Counted from the stretch's first letter, positions 1 to 9,948 are shown. The stretch: DNA of 64,000 nt from Bacteriovoracia bacterium (GCA_050246755.1 JBFWVL010000002.1:320001-384000); one strand, 5' to 3'. Numbers and translations are program-made. Notes: generated by a model not told the origin, from the sequence alone.

Positions 1-667
1 ACGCCTTAGCCCGGAACGAATTGAGCTATGGAATAAAACGCTGCTAAAAGAATTGAGAGATCTTCCGATGACCGGCGAAGAGCGCGGGCGCAGCAGTGGC
101 CTTTCGCTTCCCGAAATTCATGCCTTATACAAGCGCGTGGCCACCAACCGGGTTGCCGACTACTCAAAGCCCGTTATGGATAAATACGATCCGGATGGAA
201 AAATCGGATTTTGTTTTGGCCGTGCTTCCGCCGCCCACTGGATCGCCCTGCAAACCACCGACATCGCCAAAGAAAATATTAAAAAAATATGGGCCATCGG
301 CACCATGAAGTACAACCAGGTATACTGGGCCCATCACGTGGCTTCGATCGTGAGAGATAAAAATGGGGTCTGGCATTCGCTAGATCCGGAATATGGGCGT
401 CCGCTTCGCTTGCCCGTCTGGTACCAGAAGGTGAAGGCCATGGATGCCGATGGTCGGCTGCAATTATTTGTGACTCCGGCGAAACGCTTCGGGCCAGGCA
501 GCAAAAATACTTATAATACCGTGAATAGGGATAATACCGACGTGGACCTCACGATCCCATTTTACAATAACTACTTCACCGATCTGCTGCAGACTACGCG
601 GGAAGAAGCCGCCGAAATACGAAGAATGCGAGAGGCGTCTGGTGTTGCGCGTAAAATGAATCCTTAG
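1..667 (+). CDS. Protein-glutamine glutaminase-like (papain-fold Cys-His-Asp) protein, 5'-truncated by the window
   Basis: Frame is open from position 2 (RLSPERIELW...). Motifs GFCFGRA, WAHHVA and SLDPE resemble the glutaminase C..H..D triad (GCYARA / W.YHVA / IDP). Confidence 0.55.
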   Translation, partial: RLSPERIELWNKTLLKELRDLPMTGEERGRSSGLSLPEIHALYKRVATNRVADYSKPVMDKYDPDGKIGFCFGRASAAHWIALQTTDIAKENIKKIWAIGTMKYNQVYWAHHVASIVRDKNGVWHSLDPEYGRPLRLPVWYQKVKAMDADGRLQLFVTPAKRFGPGSKNTYNTVNRDNTDVDLTIPFYNNYFTDLLQTTREEAAEIRRMREASGVARKMNP

Positions 668-670
668 GTT

Positions 671-698
671 CTTGACAGAAAGTAAACTCGTCCCATCT
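671..698 (+). promoter_or_regulatory. sigma32-like heat-shock promoter of hsp20
   Basis: CTTGACA-N13-TCCCATCT upstream of a small heat-shock gene; resembles CTTGAA-N13/14-CCCCATNT. Confidence 0.45.
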
Positions 699-780
699 TT
701 AAATCTGTAAGACGGCCGTCTTGTGAAACGAAAACCTGCCCGAATTGGGCAATTTTATCATTCCGCAGGAGGAATTTATC

Positions 781-1188
781 ATGCGTAGAACTTCCGTATT
801 TTTTCCTAATTTTACCTTGGGCCTGGAACCTTTTGAGAGGGAGAGCGTGCGCACCCCGCCCAGTCTGGTGCAAGAAAACGCCGAAGGATATTATTTGCAG
901 GTAGACGTGCCAGGAATCGCGCGCGAGGACATATCCATTTCTTTGGAGCAGGATCATTTGATTCTAGAGGGAAAGAGAAAAGGCCAGCTCTCCCAGAAGA
1001 TCCGCAAGGCATTTTTGCTGCCTAACGACGTGGACGCCGAAAAAATTGAAGCCGAAGTGGCAAATGGCGTCCTAGAGCTCTTGCTTCCCAAAAAAGCCCA
1101 GGCAAAGCCGAAAACTATTTCGGTAAGCGAAGGAAAGGGGGGCATTTTCCACAAGCTACTGAAAAAAGAAGAAAAGGAAAGTGCCTAA
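781..1188 (+). CDS. Hsp20/alpha-crystallin small heat shock protein
   Basis: VDVPG..EDISI, F.LP.DVDAEKIEA...NGVLEL.LPK motifs and a C-terminal IxV (TISV). AGGAGG RBS before ATG 781. Confidence 0.93.
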   Translation: MRRTSVFFPNFTLGLEPFERESVRTPPSLVQENAEGYYLQVDVPGIAREDISISLEQDHLILEGKRKGQLSQKIRKAFLLPNDVDAEKIEAEVANGVLELLLPKKAQAKPKTISVSEGKGGIFHKLLKKEEKESA

Positions 1189-1200
1189 GAATTAGTAGCG

Positions 1201-1233
1201 AAAGCTAGGCGGCCCTGCCGCTTAGCTTTTTTT
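1201..1233 (+). terminator. Rho-independent terminator after hsp20
   Basis: 12-bp stem AAAGCTAGGCGG/CCGCTTAGCTTT (one G-U pair), 5-nt loop, followed by a T tract. Confidence 0.7.
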
Positions 1234-2442
1234 ATTTTTGGCTTCGATCCAGCGGGAAAAATACTTCGTGGCATTATTTTGGGCGTGCCGGAGCAGGGCG
1301 CCGGTAATGCCCACGCGGCCATTTTGCCGAATCGCGGAAGCCCTTGCTTCGATAAAAGCCAAGAATTTTTCTCTCAATATATTTTCCGCGAAATCGCGGC
1401 GGAGAACGGAAAATCCGTTTCGCTGAAAATCGCTCCATGCCTCGCCAAGCCCCGCCGCTTGGATAAAGCCGTCGGCGTCTTGAAAGGATACTCCCGCCTT
1501 ATCCTCAGGCTTGCACATTCCTTCGAACGCGAGGGGAGTGCCGATCACCGGGGTTCCCGTGCCCCATGCTTCCAAAATTTTTCCCTTAATGCCGGCGCCA
1601 AACCGTAGGGGCGCTACCAGGGCTTCGTGTTTTTTCAAGGCGGCCCGGTGATCCGCTACCGGGCCATGGGCATGAATGCCATTTTTTCCCGCATGAAAAG
1701 AAATATGGGCGGGCGGATAAGCGCCGTACAAATGAAGCTCGGCGGTCTTATTCAAAGCGCGCCATCGCGGCCAAATTTCGGCGATGAACCATAAGATCCC
1801 ATCCAGGTTGGGCGCGTGGCGAAAATTTCCGAGAAATGCGAACCCTTGCCGGCCTTCTCTAGGGAATGGTGATTCATCCGGGCGCCCCATGAGCGGTAAG
1901 TGGAGCAGGTTCTCGGCCGGGAACTGAAAGCGTGCCCTCAGGAAATCGGCCTCCCAGGAGGAAACCACGATCGCCCCGTCGGCGCGATGAAGAGAGGAAA
2001 GCTCACGGACCATGTCGTCGCTGAGCCCTAGATTCGGCAGGCGCAAAATCTCCTCGGGGCTCGCATTTTTTTTCAGGAGAGCCTCGCGCGCGCGGCGCAC
2101 GGAATGCAAGTCTTGCGTATCGACCAGCACCAAGGCATTCGGCCAAAATTCCCGGGCCTTCCAGCCGAATTGCTCTTCCATCACGAAGCGATCGAAGAGA
2201 ACCAAAGCGGGAGCGAGTGCGCGAAGAAATTCATCTTGGCTCGCCTCATTCGCGGCGCAGGTGGACACCGCGATGCCCATCTTTTCGAGCTCCTCACTAT
2301 ACTGACTCGGCTTCGACGAGCTCACGGCGGTGATCTTCCATCCATCGCTCAATAGCCAGCGCAGGAGATCGTGGGTTCTCACTCCCGCCGCGCTGGAGCG
2401 TGCTTCCGGCCAGACGTAGACGAAGAAAACGGCGCTTTTCAT
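1222..2442 (-). CDS. Glycosyltransferase family 4 (GT-B)
   Basis: FLGNFRHAPNLDG and APLRFGAGIKGKILEAW..GTPV motifs. ATG at 2442 overlaps the upstream stop (ATGA). Confidence 0.85.
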   Translation of the reverse strand: MKSAVFFVYVWPEARSSAAGVRTHDLLRWLLSDGWKITAVSSSKPSQYSEELEKMGIAVSTCAANEASQDEFLRALAPALVLFDRFVMEEQFGWKAREFWPNALVLVDTQDLHSVRRAREALLKKNASPEEILRLPNLGLSDDMVRELSSLHRADGAIVVSSWEADFLRARFQFPAENLLHLPLMGRPDESPFPREGRQGFAFLGNFRHAPNLDGILWFIAEIWPRWRALNKTAELHLYGAYPPAHISFHAGKNGIHAHGPVADHRAALKKHEALVAPLRFGAGIKGKILEAWGTGTPVIGTPLAFEGMCKPEDKAGVSFQDADGFIQAAGLGEAWSDFQRNGFSVLRRDFAENILREKFLAFIEARASAIRQNGRVGITGALLRHAQNNATKYFSRWIEAKNKKS

Positions 2443-2762
2443 CCGTGGCCGAGCTTCAGGCCGAGGGTGCCAAGAAGAATTAGGGCAATGCAAAGAAGGC
2501 GAAACCAGTTGCTTGGCTCACCGGCAAAGAAAATCCCGAAAAGCACGGTGCCCGCGGCGCCAATTCCGGTCCATATGGCGTAAGAAGTACCGATTGGCAG
2601 AACTCGCACGGCCTCGCTCAGGAGATAAAAGCTGACTACTAGGGGAACTAAAGTAATGATCGTGGGAACTAGCTTCGTGAACCCGGCGGTTCGCGGAAGT
2701 AAAACGGCCCACATAACTTCGAGGAGGCCGGCTAGTAAAAGGCATACCCAGGGTCGCGTCAT
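2439..2762 (-). CDS. sugE: SMR family transporter (SugE/Gdx type)
   Basis: 107 aa, 4 TM segments; W..L.LAGLLEV.WA and LPIGTSYAIWTGIGAAGT motifs. Confidence 0.85.
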   Translation of the reverse strand: MTRPWVCLLLAGLLEVMWAVLLPRTAGFTKLVPTIITLVPLVVSFYLLSEAVRVLPIGTSYAIWTGIGAAGTVLFGIFFAGEPSNWFRLLCIALILLGTLGLKLGHG

Positions 2763-2782
2763 TCCCGGAAATTAGCACAGAA

Positions 2783-5700
2783 CTAAGGCTTTTTCAGGGC
2801 CTCTTGCACCATGTCGGACACTTTCTTCATGCGTTCCGAAAAATCCGGAATCTGTTCACCGGCCAAGCGAGGCCGGATGATTTGATCCCGTAAATAAGCT
2901 TCCGCAGACTTTCCGGCGGGCTTTTCCCGCACTTCGTTCCAGGTATAGGTTTTATAGCCGGCAAATACCCGGCCCGCGAAGCGCACGAGCATATTACTGG
3001 ATTTGGCGTCGATGCTTTGCTGGATTTTTCCCTGCACGATGAGATCGCCGAATTCTGGAGACTCGATGAGACTATTCATCACTTTGCCTTCGAGCATCGT
3101 CATGGCGGCGGTCACCTTCGGATCAGACATGCCTTTGCCTTCGAGGAGCATCGGCTTCAGCATCTTTTCGGTAATAATGGGGCGGAGCTCGGCCAGAATT
3201 TGCGGCGTAATGGCTTTTTCCACGGTTGCCTTATCCATTAGCTTTTTCTCGAGATCGGGAGGCATGCGGTCCTCGGCGGGAAGCGCAGCTAGGCTTTCCG
3301 CTATTCGTGCACGCACCATGGATTTCAGCAGGCGATCAATCATTCCGCGATCGATGAGGAGCTTCAGCAGTTTTTCCCGCGCGGCCACCGGACCCGCCGA
3401 CTCTAAATCTTTTACCAGCTGCTTGATCACCACTTCGTAGTCGGCACCGGCTTGGTCCACGTCGTAATTGATAAATTCACCGATCATTTTGGCGAAGTCT
3501 TCGAGAAAGCTGGCGGGATCCAGGGCCACGATGGCGCTTTCGATTGGTGTGGGAGGCAGGAGATCGCCGAGGCAGGGGATCGCCACGGCGAGATCGTGGT
3601 TAAGCTGGGCTTCGGAGCCTTGCTTTTGGCCCTGCATTTCGCTCACGAACTCGCTCTGCATCAGGCTAACTAGCTCTTCTTCTAGTTTTTTCGAACACTG
3701 ATCGATGCTAGCAAGGAATTTTCCGTCGAGCGGGGCCAGGTATTCGGCGTCCACGCATTTTACGAATTCTTTTTCGGCGCTCTCGGCCGCGGGCAGACTC
3801 GCCAGATAACGTTTCTTGCCCAGCACATCGGCTAGCGACTGGCGCATTTTCACGCCCGCCAGGAACTTGGCAAGCGAACGCGCATAGTTCTTAGCGCAAG
3901 TATCGGAAATTTTCCCTACTTGGCCCATGCATTCCCGGAATTTCTCCTCGATGGCATCGAGCTCTTTAGGAAGCTTGCCGGTATTCAATATTTTCTTCGC
4001 TCTTTCTCGCCCAGCTTCGAGGGCAATCAGTTGCGTGGCTTCTCTCTGCAGGGTGTTCACGCAGCGGTCCATGCCTGAAGTATCTTCTGCGGGAATTTCG
4101 GATACGCACACGACGAAGGGATCCATTAAGTTTTTTTCTAAACTATCTTGTTTGCTGAGCTCTGCCGGAGTGGAAGAGGGCAGGTTTGTGCGCAGCGCTT
4201 CTTTCAGCTGCGCCTGGGCTACCCGTTGGGTGTAGATGGTCGTCAATCGAATGCGGCATGTGTCTACCTGACTGAGATAATCGCGCAGGGAAAACTGGCT
4301 AGAATCTTTTTCGCTCAGGCAAGCGCCGAAATCGGCTACCATTTCATCGGCCGCCTGCGCCCATTTTGTCCGCTCTTCGGGAGCGTAAGACCCCACGCTG
4401 CGGATAAACTCCATCCTTCCCAGGCGCCCGCTCAGCGCTTTGATGGTTCCTTTGAAACAGGTGTCCACCAAGGTATCGGCAAGCTTGGAATCTTTGGGGG
4501 TAGGGCTAACGGCTAGGCACTTTCGGTGAGTCTTCAAGATAGAATCCAGGAGCTCTTGGCGCTCCTCGGCTTGGAGATTATAGGCGCCGGCGCCGCCGTG
4601 GTTTTCTACGAAACGGTCGAATTCATTTGGGATCAAAGCCTCCGCGGCGGCTTTTCCCGCATCCAGGCGCAGCGCAATGGAGCAGGTATCGAGCACGGAC
4701 TTTACGGGAGCAGCGCCGAGGCATTTTGCAAAATCGCCCTTGATGATCTTGGCCACGAGATCGTCGATCACCTTAGGGTTGGAGCGGCCAAAAAGAATAT
4801 CGCGGAACTGAAATTCCGCCACTTTGAGCCCGGCGTCGCGAGTAAGGCGTCCCGTACATCCCGCCACGCGCTCGTTGGTATCGTTAGCTTCCATCATGTT
4901 GGTGGGAAGCCGGCTTTCCATACAAGAACGCAGCTGGGCAAGGAGAGTGTCCTTAAATTTCGGTTCTTTCGCAATGAGCGCCGCGGGAAGCTCCTTAGAC
5001 AGCTGAGGATCGGCAATCGTGCTAACTAGCTGCTGCACAGTTTTCCTCAGGCAGGCATTGTTCACGGATTCACCGGCGGAGCTATTCCAGCAAGTATCGA
5101 GCAACTTATAGATTTTTGCCCCGAGCAGGTTTTTTTCTTCCCCGGTGCCATCCACGTTCGCGGCGATATTATCCTTGAATAGTTCATAAGCTACTACTTT
5201 GGCGGCGTCGTAGCGCACGAGGTTGGCGCAATTGGAAGTATCCAGGGTGCCGGCCGCGTTTCGCTTGCCGGTGACCCGGTTATTTTCCATGCAAGTAGCG
5301 AAATTCGATTTCGTGCGGGCGACCAGGGCCTCAAGATTTTTTCCAGAAATTTGCTTTACCACCTGAGGATTTCTACGCACCGCTTCGGCGGCGATCTCGG
5401 CTCCGGCGGCAATGGCAAAATAATCGGCGCAGACGCTGAAGTCGGATTTGGAGCGGGCGGTGGACAAGCATTTCTCGAAAGCGGGCCCAGTGTTTTGGAC
5501 GATTTTAGCCGCCGCTTCCGGAACTTCGCTTTTAGCGATGGCGAGAACTTTATCTTTACCGTAGACGGCGATGCTGCTCCTCACGTTGGTGAGAACGCAG
5601 CCCATCATGCGTTTATTGGAACCGGGCTTTTCGGGCTGCAAGCACTGCACATACCGCACCGGAAAATCTTTGGCTAGATCGGGGCCGAGCTCTTGGCGAA

Positions 5701-6298
5701 TGAGCTCGTAGCCGATGGCTTGGCCCAAGTTGCCGGCGATATCGGCCTGAAAAACTTCCAGGCATTTGGTGGCCTCGGAATATGCCTTGGCGGCTTTGAT
5801 GCAAGCATTGATGGGCGCCAAAACCTTATTTGCCCAGAGGAGACGGCGGGCGGGATCCCGTGCGCCTTCTTTTTGCATCACGCGCTCCATTACCGTGCGG
5901 ATGATTTCATTGGCGGCATACTGCGTGGAGAGAATCAGGGTCGTGTTCGAAGTTCCGGCGACGAGAAATTTTTTATTCACGTCGTTCGCGATACGCTTGG
6001 CGATAAGCTTGCGTTCTTTGGGGTCGGCGAAATACTTTGCCATCTCGGGATCTTCGAGCTTGGCTAACGCCTCGGCCTCTACCTTAGCGGGAACATCCAC
6101 GATGGCGCCGGCGAGCACGCCACCCACGGAGGAAACGAATTCGGTTAAGCCACGGTTCGTTTCCTTTTTTGGATCATAGCTTTGCGTGGCGATGAGACGA
6201 ACGGAGGCGAGCTCATCGGCGGCGAGCGCCGGGCAAATAGCCAGCCACAGCGCTGCGAGCGCGCTCGAGGAAATGGTTATTAGCCGGCTGACTTTCAG
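2783..6298 (-). CDS. Large secreted helical Cys-pair repeat protein (~1170 aa), probable CTG start
   Basis: Frame extends 57 codons above the called GTG (6127) to CTG 6298, with GGAG 5 nt upstream. The extension encodes a signal peptide (KVSRLITISSSALAALWLAICPALA-ADE). About 12 C...C helical repeats. Confidence 0.75.
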   Translation of the reverse strand: MKVSRLITISSSALAALWLAICPALAADELASVRLIATQSYDPKKETNRGLTEFVSSVGGVLAGAIVDVPAKVEAEALAKLEDPEMAKYFADPKERKLIAKRIANDVNKKFLVAGTSNTTLILSTQYAANEIIRTVMERVMQKEGARDPARRLLWANKVLAPINACIKAAKAYSEATKCLEVFQADIAGNLGQAIGYELIRQELGPDLAKDFPVRYVQCLQPEKPGSNKRMMGCVLTNVRSSIAVYGKDKVLAIAKSEVPEAAAKIVQNTGPAFEKCLSTARSKSDFSVCADYFAIAAGAEIAAEAVRRNPQVVKQISGKNLEALVARTKSNFATCMENNRVTGKRNAAGTLDTSNCANLVRYDAAKVVAYELFKDNIAANVDGTGEEKNLLGAKIYKLLDTCWNSSAGESVNNACLRKTVQQLVSTIADPQLSKELPAALIAKEPKFKDTLLAQLRSCMESRLPTNMMEANDTNERVAGCTGRLTRDAGLKVAEFQFRDILFGRSNPKVIDDLVAKIIKGDFAKCLGAAPVKSVLDTCSIALRLDAGKAAAEALIPNEFDRFVENHGGAGAYNLQAEERQELLDSILKTHRKCLAVSPTPKDSKLADTLVDTCFKGTIKALSGRLGRMEFIRSVGSYAPEERTKWAQAADEMVADFGACLSEKDSSQFSLRDYLSQVDTCRIRLTTIYTQRVAQAQLKEALRTNLPSSTPAELSKQDSLEKNLMDPFVVCVSEIPAEDTSGMDRCVNTLQREATQLIALEAGRERAKKILNTGKLPKELDAIEEKFRECMGQVGKISDTCAKNYARSLAKFLAGVKMRQSLADVLGKKRYLASLPAAESAEKEFVKCVDAEYLAPLDGKFLASIDQCSKKLEEELVSLMQSEFVSEMQGQKQGSEAQLNHDLAVAIPCLGDLLPPTPIESAIVALDPASFLEDFAKMIGEFINYDVDQAGADYEVVIKQLVKDLESAGPVAAREKLLKLLIDRGMIDRLLKSMVRARIAESLAALPAEDRMPPDLEKKLMDKATVEKAITPQILAELRPIITEKMLKPMLLEGKGMSDPKVTAAMTMLEGKVMNSLIESPEFGDLIVQGKIQQSIDAKSSNMLVRFAGRVFAGYKTYTWNEVREKPAGKSAEAYLRDQIIRPRLAGEQIPDFSERMKKVSDMVQEALKKP

Positions 6299-6440
6299 GT
6301 GAACTCCGATCTTCTATTTGCTCTAAGAAAATCGGAAAAAAAGGCTATTTTCTGAAGGGAAATTGCCTATTTAGCAGATAAATAAATAACCGGCGGGCGC
6401 AAAAAATCAGAGCCGATACCTGCTGGCGGGTAGATGAGAG

Positions 6441-7091
6441 CTAAAGCTTTTTAATCATGTCGTCGCGGGAGAATCTCACCTTCTTAAAGGTAGAAAATCG
6501 ATCCTCGGGGTTCCGGTAGCCTAAAGCGCAAGCCACGGTAGCGGTAAATCCTTTCGCCGGCAACTCGAGGATTTCATCGTATTTCGCCGGCTCGAAGCCT
6601 TCCATGGGGCAGGTATCGATGCTCATCACGGCCGCGGAGGTCATCAAATTCCCAAGCGCGATATAAACCTGGCGAGCGGCCCACTCTCGCACGTAGCGGC
6701 TTCTTTCCCCGTGAACCACGTCGCCCAGAATTCCTTTTTTAAGGCCAGCTAAGGTATCGAGCGGAACCTGCCGGATCGCCGCCATCTCCGTTAAATAGCG
6801 ATCCACGTACGCCTCATCGATCCCAACTTTTTGCGCAAAAATCACATAGTGGGAGCATTCCGCCACCTGCCGCTGGTTCCAAGAAGCTGCCCGTAATTTT
6901 TCGCGGAGCGCGAGATCTTCCACCACAAAAAAACACCAAGGTTGGAGCCCATAGGAAGAGGCGGTCAAAACCAGCGAGGCCTCGAGGGCCGCAATCGCTT
7001 CCGGAGGAACTTTACGCGTGGGATCGAAAGATTTGGCGGAATAACGCCATTCCATCGCTTCCACTAACTGTTGGGGAGAAAGGGTGGTCAT
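6441..7091 (-). CDS. NAD(P)H-dependent nitroreductase (NfsB-like)
   Basis: WRYSAKSFD, SSYGLQPW and IDTCPMEGF motifs. Confidence 0.92.
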   Translation of the reverse strand: MTTLSPQQLVEAMEWRYSAKSFDPTRKVPPEAIAALEASLVLTASSYGLQPWCFFVVEDLALREKLRAASWNQRQVAECSHYVIFAQKVGIDEAYVDRYLTEMAAIRQVPLDTLAGLKKGILGDVVHGERSRYVREWAARQVYIALGNLMTSAAVMSIDTCPMEGFEPAKYDEILELPAKGFTATVACALGYRNPEDRFSTFKKVRFSRDDMIKKL

Positions 7092-7126
7092 GCACCAAGA
7101 CTACAAAATATCGGCCGGGCCGGCAA

Positions 7127-8962
7127 CTACGGCAATGGATCGCCGGCGAGTTTACCCACCGGGCTAAATAGTAGCGGGAATGCCAGCAGCGAAGCTCCCG
7201 CCACTCCTGCCAAAGGCCAGCGCACGCAAACCGCCGCCAGTACGGTCTGCAGAATTACCGCCTGCAGAAATTGCCGGCGAGCGTATTCTTGATAGGCGCG
7301 CCCCAGGCGGATAACGTGCCAGACGCTCGCCAGGTCCCAGCGGGCCGTCGTCACTTCTCCCCGTAATTTTGCGAAAGGGGTCACGATCTTGGGAAATTTG
7401 CCCGGCGGCAGGGGAGTGATTCCATTATCGAGCCAAAGTGGGCTCAGGCCATCGCTGCCGAGACGGCCCAGGAGCTCCTCGGCGGCCCCCGCGGCCGCTT
7501 CGCCCTGAAAATGCTCTACGCCCACTTCTTCGGCCAATGCCTGGAGGCTTTCTTTATGCACTTGGGAAAGTAAAACCACGGGCAACCCGGCCCGCGCGAG
7601 CGACTGAACGGCCTCGGCACTGGAAGCGCGGACCGAGTCCACAAAAGAAAATGCCGCCACCACCTTCGATTCCCGTAGCAGGAAATGAGCGCTAGCCCCC
7701 GGCCGCTTCATCTCTTGCGCGAGGAAGCTAGAAAATTTTGCGTAAGGGATTCCTTCCGTCACTAGCGTGGATTCATCGCAGAACCGGACTTCTTCTCCGG
7801 AAACCACGCCCGCGCCGCCGCCGGGAGCGGGAAAAAAAACATCCAGCAGCTCGAGGGGAATATTGCGCAAACGCATTTCTTTTAGAATGGAGTAGGCGGC
7901 GGGACTTTCTATCCGGCGCGCGAGCGGGGCGGCGAGCCGCAGGGCCCCTTCTTCCTCCAGCGCATCATCGGTGGCCACGCCCGAGAGACGAAGAACACCT
8001 TCCATCAGCGATCCTTCTGGGTCGGTAACCAGGGACTGAGCGGTGCTCACGGACCGCACGTCGGCCAAGGAACGCCACAATACGCCGGTGGCGGCGGAGC
8101 GGGCCACGAGCGCCAACCGCAACGCCCAACTGCTTCCACCGTACAGGGTGCCGAGCGAGCTTAGCCAGACGCCGAGTAATACCGCGCCGCTATCTTCGAT
8201 TGCGGCATGCATGGTCACCAAGAAAAGCAGCGCCAATATTTCCAACAAGAAATACCGGATATTCAAAAGCGGAAATTCAGGAAAACCGATCTGCAAGAAA
8301 TTTGCTTTTCGCTGGAGAAACGTTTGATTCCCGGCGTGCGAAACGCGGAACAGGAAGCTCGCGCTCTTGTTCTTGCTGCCGGCGTACACGCTTTTTCCCA
8401 CGCCCTTCGCGGCCGGTTCCGGATCTCCGGTAAGCAAAAGCTCTTCGGTAAAGCCGGAGCCGAAAGATACCACACCATCGGCGGGAAGTATTTCTCCGGC
8501 CTGCACGCGCACGATATGATCCGGATGCAACGAGGAGGTCGGAGTATCCGTCTCGATGTCATTATCGATGAACAGCCGGCTATTAGCGGGAACCGTCGCC
8601 TTCAATTCCCTGGCAAACTCCTGATTAACGCCTTCTTTTTTCTCGGCCATTTCCAGGAGCACGAGACGAAACTGAAATGAAAAAATCACCAGCGGAACCC
8701 AGATCTTCCCGAGATGTGGCGGGAGCGGGCCTTCGAGCAAGAGCACGGCCAGGCCTAAAATGGAAAAACCTAGGATATAAAAAATCCGGCGAGGGCGCTG
8801 CGCGATCTGCCAGAAACTGATGGGCAGCGAAAAAAGAGATATGTATAAAGCGAGGGAATCGCGCTCGGCAAAAAAAGCCAAAAGGCAGCCGACGGCGGCC
8901 AGCGCCAATGCCGTACGGTCAAGCTTCGCCGCGAAGCTCATCTGCTTTTTCTCGTGATCCAC
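7127..8962 (-). CDS. Degenerate P1B-type ATPase-like membrane protein
   Basis: A-domain GEILPADG and LLTGD present. The P-domain DKTGT reads DPEGS; CPC, HP, TGD and GDGxND motifs are absent. Confidence 0.7.
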   Translation of the reverse strand: MDHEKKQMSFAAKLDRTALALAAVGCLLAFFAERDSLALYISLFSLPISFWQIAQRPRRIFYILGFSILGLAVLLLEGPLPPHLGKIWVPLVIFSFQFRLVLLEMAEKKEGVNQEFARELKATVPANSRLFIDNDIETDTPTSSLHPDHIVRVQAGEILPADGVVSFGSGFTEELLLTGDPEPAAKGVGKSVYAGSKNKSASFLFRVSHAGNQTFLQRKANFLQIGFPEFPLLNIRYFLLEILALLFLVTMHAAIEDSGAVLLGVWLSSLGTLYGGSSWALRLALVARSAATGVLWRSLADVRSVSTAQSLVTDPEGSLMEGVLRLSGVATDDALEEEGALRLAAPLARRIESPAAYSILKEMRLRNIPLELLDVFFPAPGGGAGVVSGEEVRFCDESTLVTEGIPYAKFSSFLAQEMKRPGASAHFLLRESKVVAAFSFVDSVRASSAEAVQSLARAGLPVVLLSQVHKESLQALAEEVGVEHFQGEAAAGAAEELLGRLGSDGLSPLWLDNGITPLPPGKFPKIVTPFAKLRGEVTTARWDLASVWHVIRLGRAYQEYARRQFLQAVILQTVLAAVCVRWPLAGVAGASLLAFPLLFSPVGKLAGDPLP

Positions 8963-8982
8963 ATCGCCTATTAAGAATAGCG

Positions 8983-9948
8983 CTAGGTCGGGCTTTTCAC
9001 AATGCGCACGCTGCGCTGGCTGCTCTGCCGGTTGAACTCCGCCATTGCCAGCGCGGCGGCCACCGACACGTTAAGGCTCTCTACGTTACCCGTGCCCGGG
9101 ATACGTAGCGATCTCTCCACCGTCGCGCGCACAAGGCCGGAAACCCCATCTACCTCATTGCCAAAAACGAAAACGGCTTTCTCTGGCAGGCGCGTATCGT
9201 AAATAGAAGGATTGCTTTCCTTCGCATCGAACGTATAGGAAATAAAATCACGCTGGTGCAGGCGGTCGAAAAATGTCTCGGCGTCTTCCACCTCCACGAG
9301 CGAAACGAACTCGGCGGCCCCTTCGGAGGTGCGATTAGCGGCGGGAGAAAGCCGGGAAAAAGATTCTTTCGGCAAAGCCACGTGCCGAATGCCGAAATGA
9401 GCGGCGCTGCGAAGAATGGCACCGAGATTATGCGGATTGCCCACTCCATCGAGGTAGAGCAGGAGCGAGCGTCCGCCCATGATCTCGCGGAAAAAATCCT
9501 TTTCCTGCATCGTACGCTTCGCGGCGGCCACGATGCATACTCCCTGGTGATGAACCGAATCAGTGAGCCGCTCTAAATCACTTGCGTCCACCAGCTGATA
9601 CGCTCTTTGCTCCTTCGCCATCGCGGTGAGCATTTCCGCGTATTCCTCGGTTCTCGCTCGCTCCACGTAGACCCGAATGATATCCCGCGGACGATTTTTC
9701 CAGATTGCCACGCAGGCGTTCTTTCCGCAGAAACGGAGCTCGTCTTTATTGAGATGCTGAGGGCGAGAAGAAGGGCGTTCGCTATCGCGGCGGTACATGC
9801 CCCGCATCGGTTTCTCGAAGCGATTCAGCCGTTCCTGTTGGGGAACGCCCGCCGGACGCGATGCGGTTCCGGGAACGGGCTGGGAATCTTTTCCGCTGGG
9901 GCGGCGTGGTCGGTCGCGCCGCTTCGGAGGACCAGATTTATCGTTCAT
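8983..9948 (-). CDS. TrmH/SpoU family RNA methyltransferase (YfiF-like)
   Basis: [28 protein letters not shown] and [13 protein letters not shown] motifs. Confidence 0.92.
   Translation of the reverse strand: MNDKSGPPKRRDRPRRPSGKDSQPVPGTASRPAGVPQQERLNRFEKPMRGMYRRDSERPSSRPQHLNKDELRFCGKNACVAIWKNRPRDIIRVYVERARTEEYAEMLTAMAKEQRAYQLVDASDLERLTDSVHHQGVCIVAAAKRTMQEKDFFREIMGGRSLLLYLDGVGNPHNLGAILRSAAHFGIRHVALPKESFSRLSPAANRTSEGAAEFVSLVEVEDAETFFDRLHQRDFISYTFDAKESNPSIYDTRLPEKAVFVFGNEVDGVSGLVRATVERSLRIPGTGNVESLNVSVAAALAMAEFNRQSSQRSVRIVKSPT

Noticed and set aside
7127-8962. Functional Cu/Zn-exporting ATPase (copA/zntA)
   Set aside because: Phosphorylation, nucleotide-binding and metal-binding motifs are degenerate.
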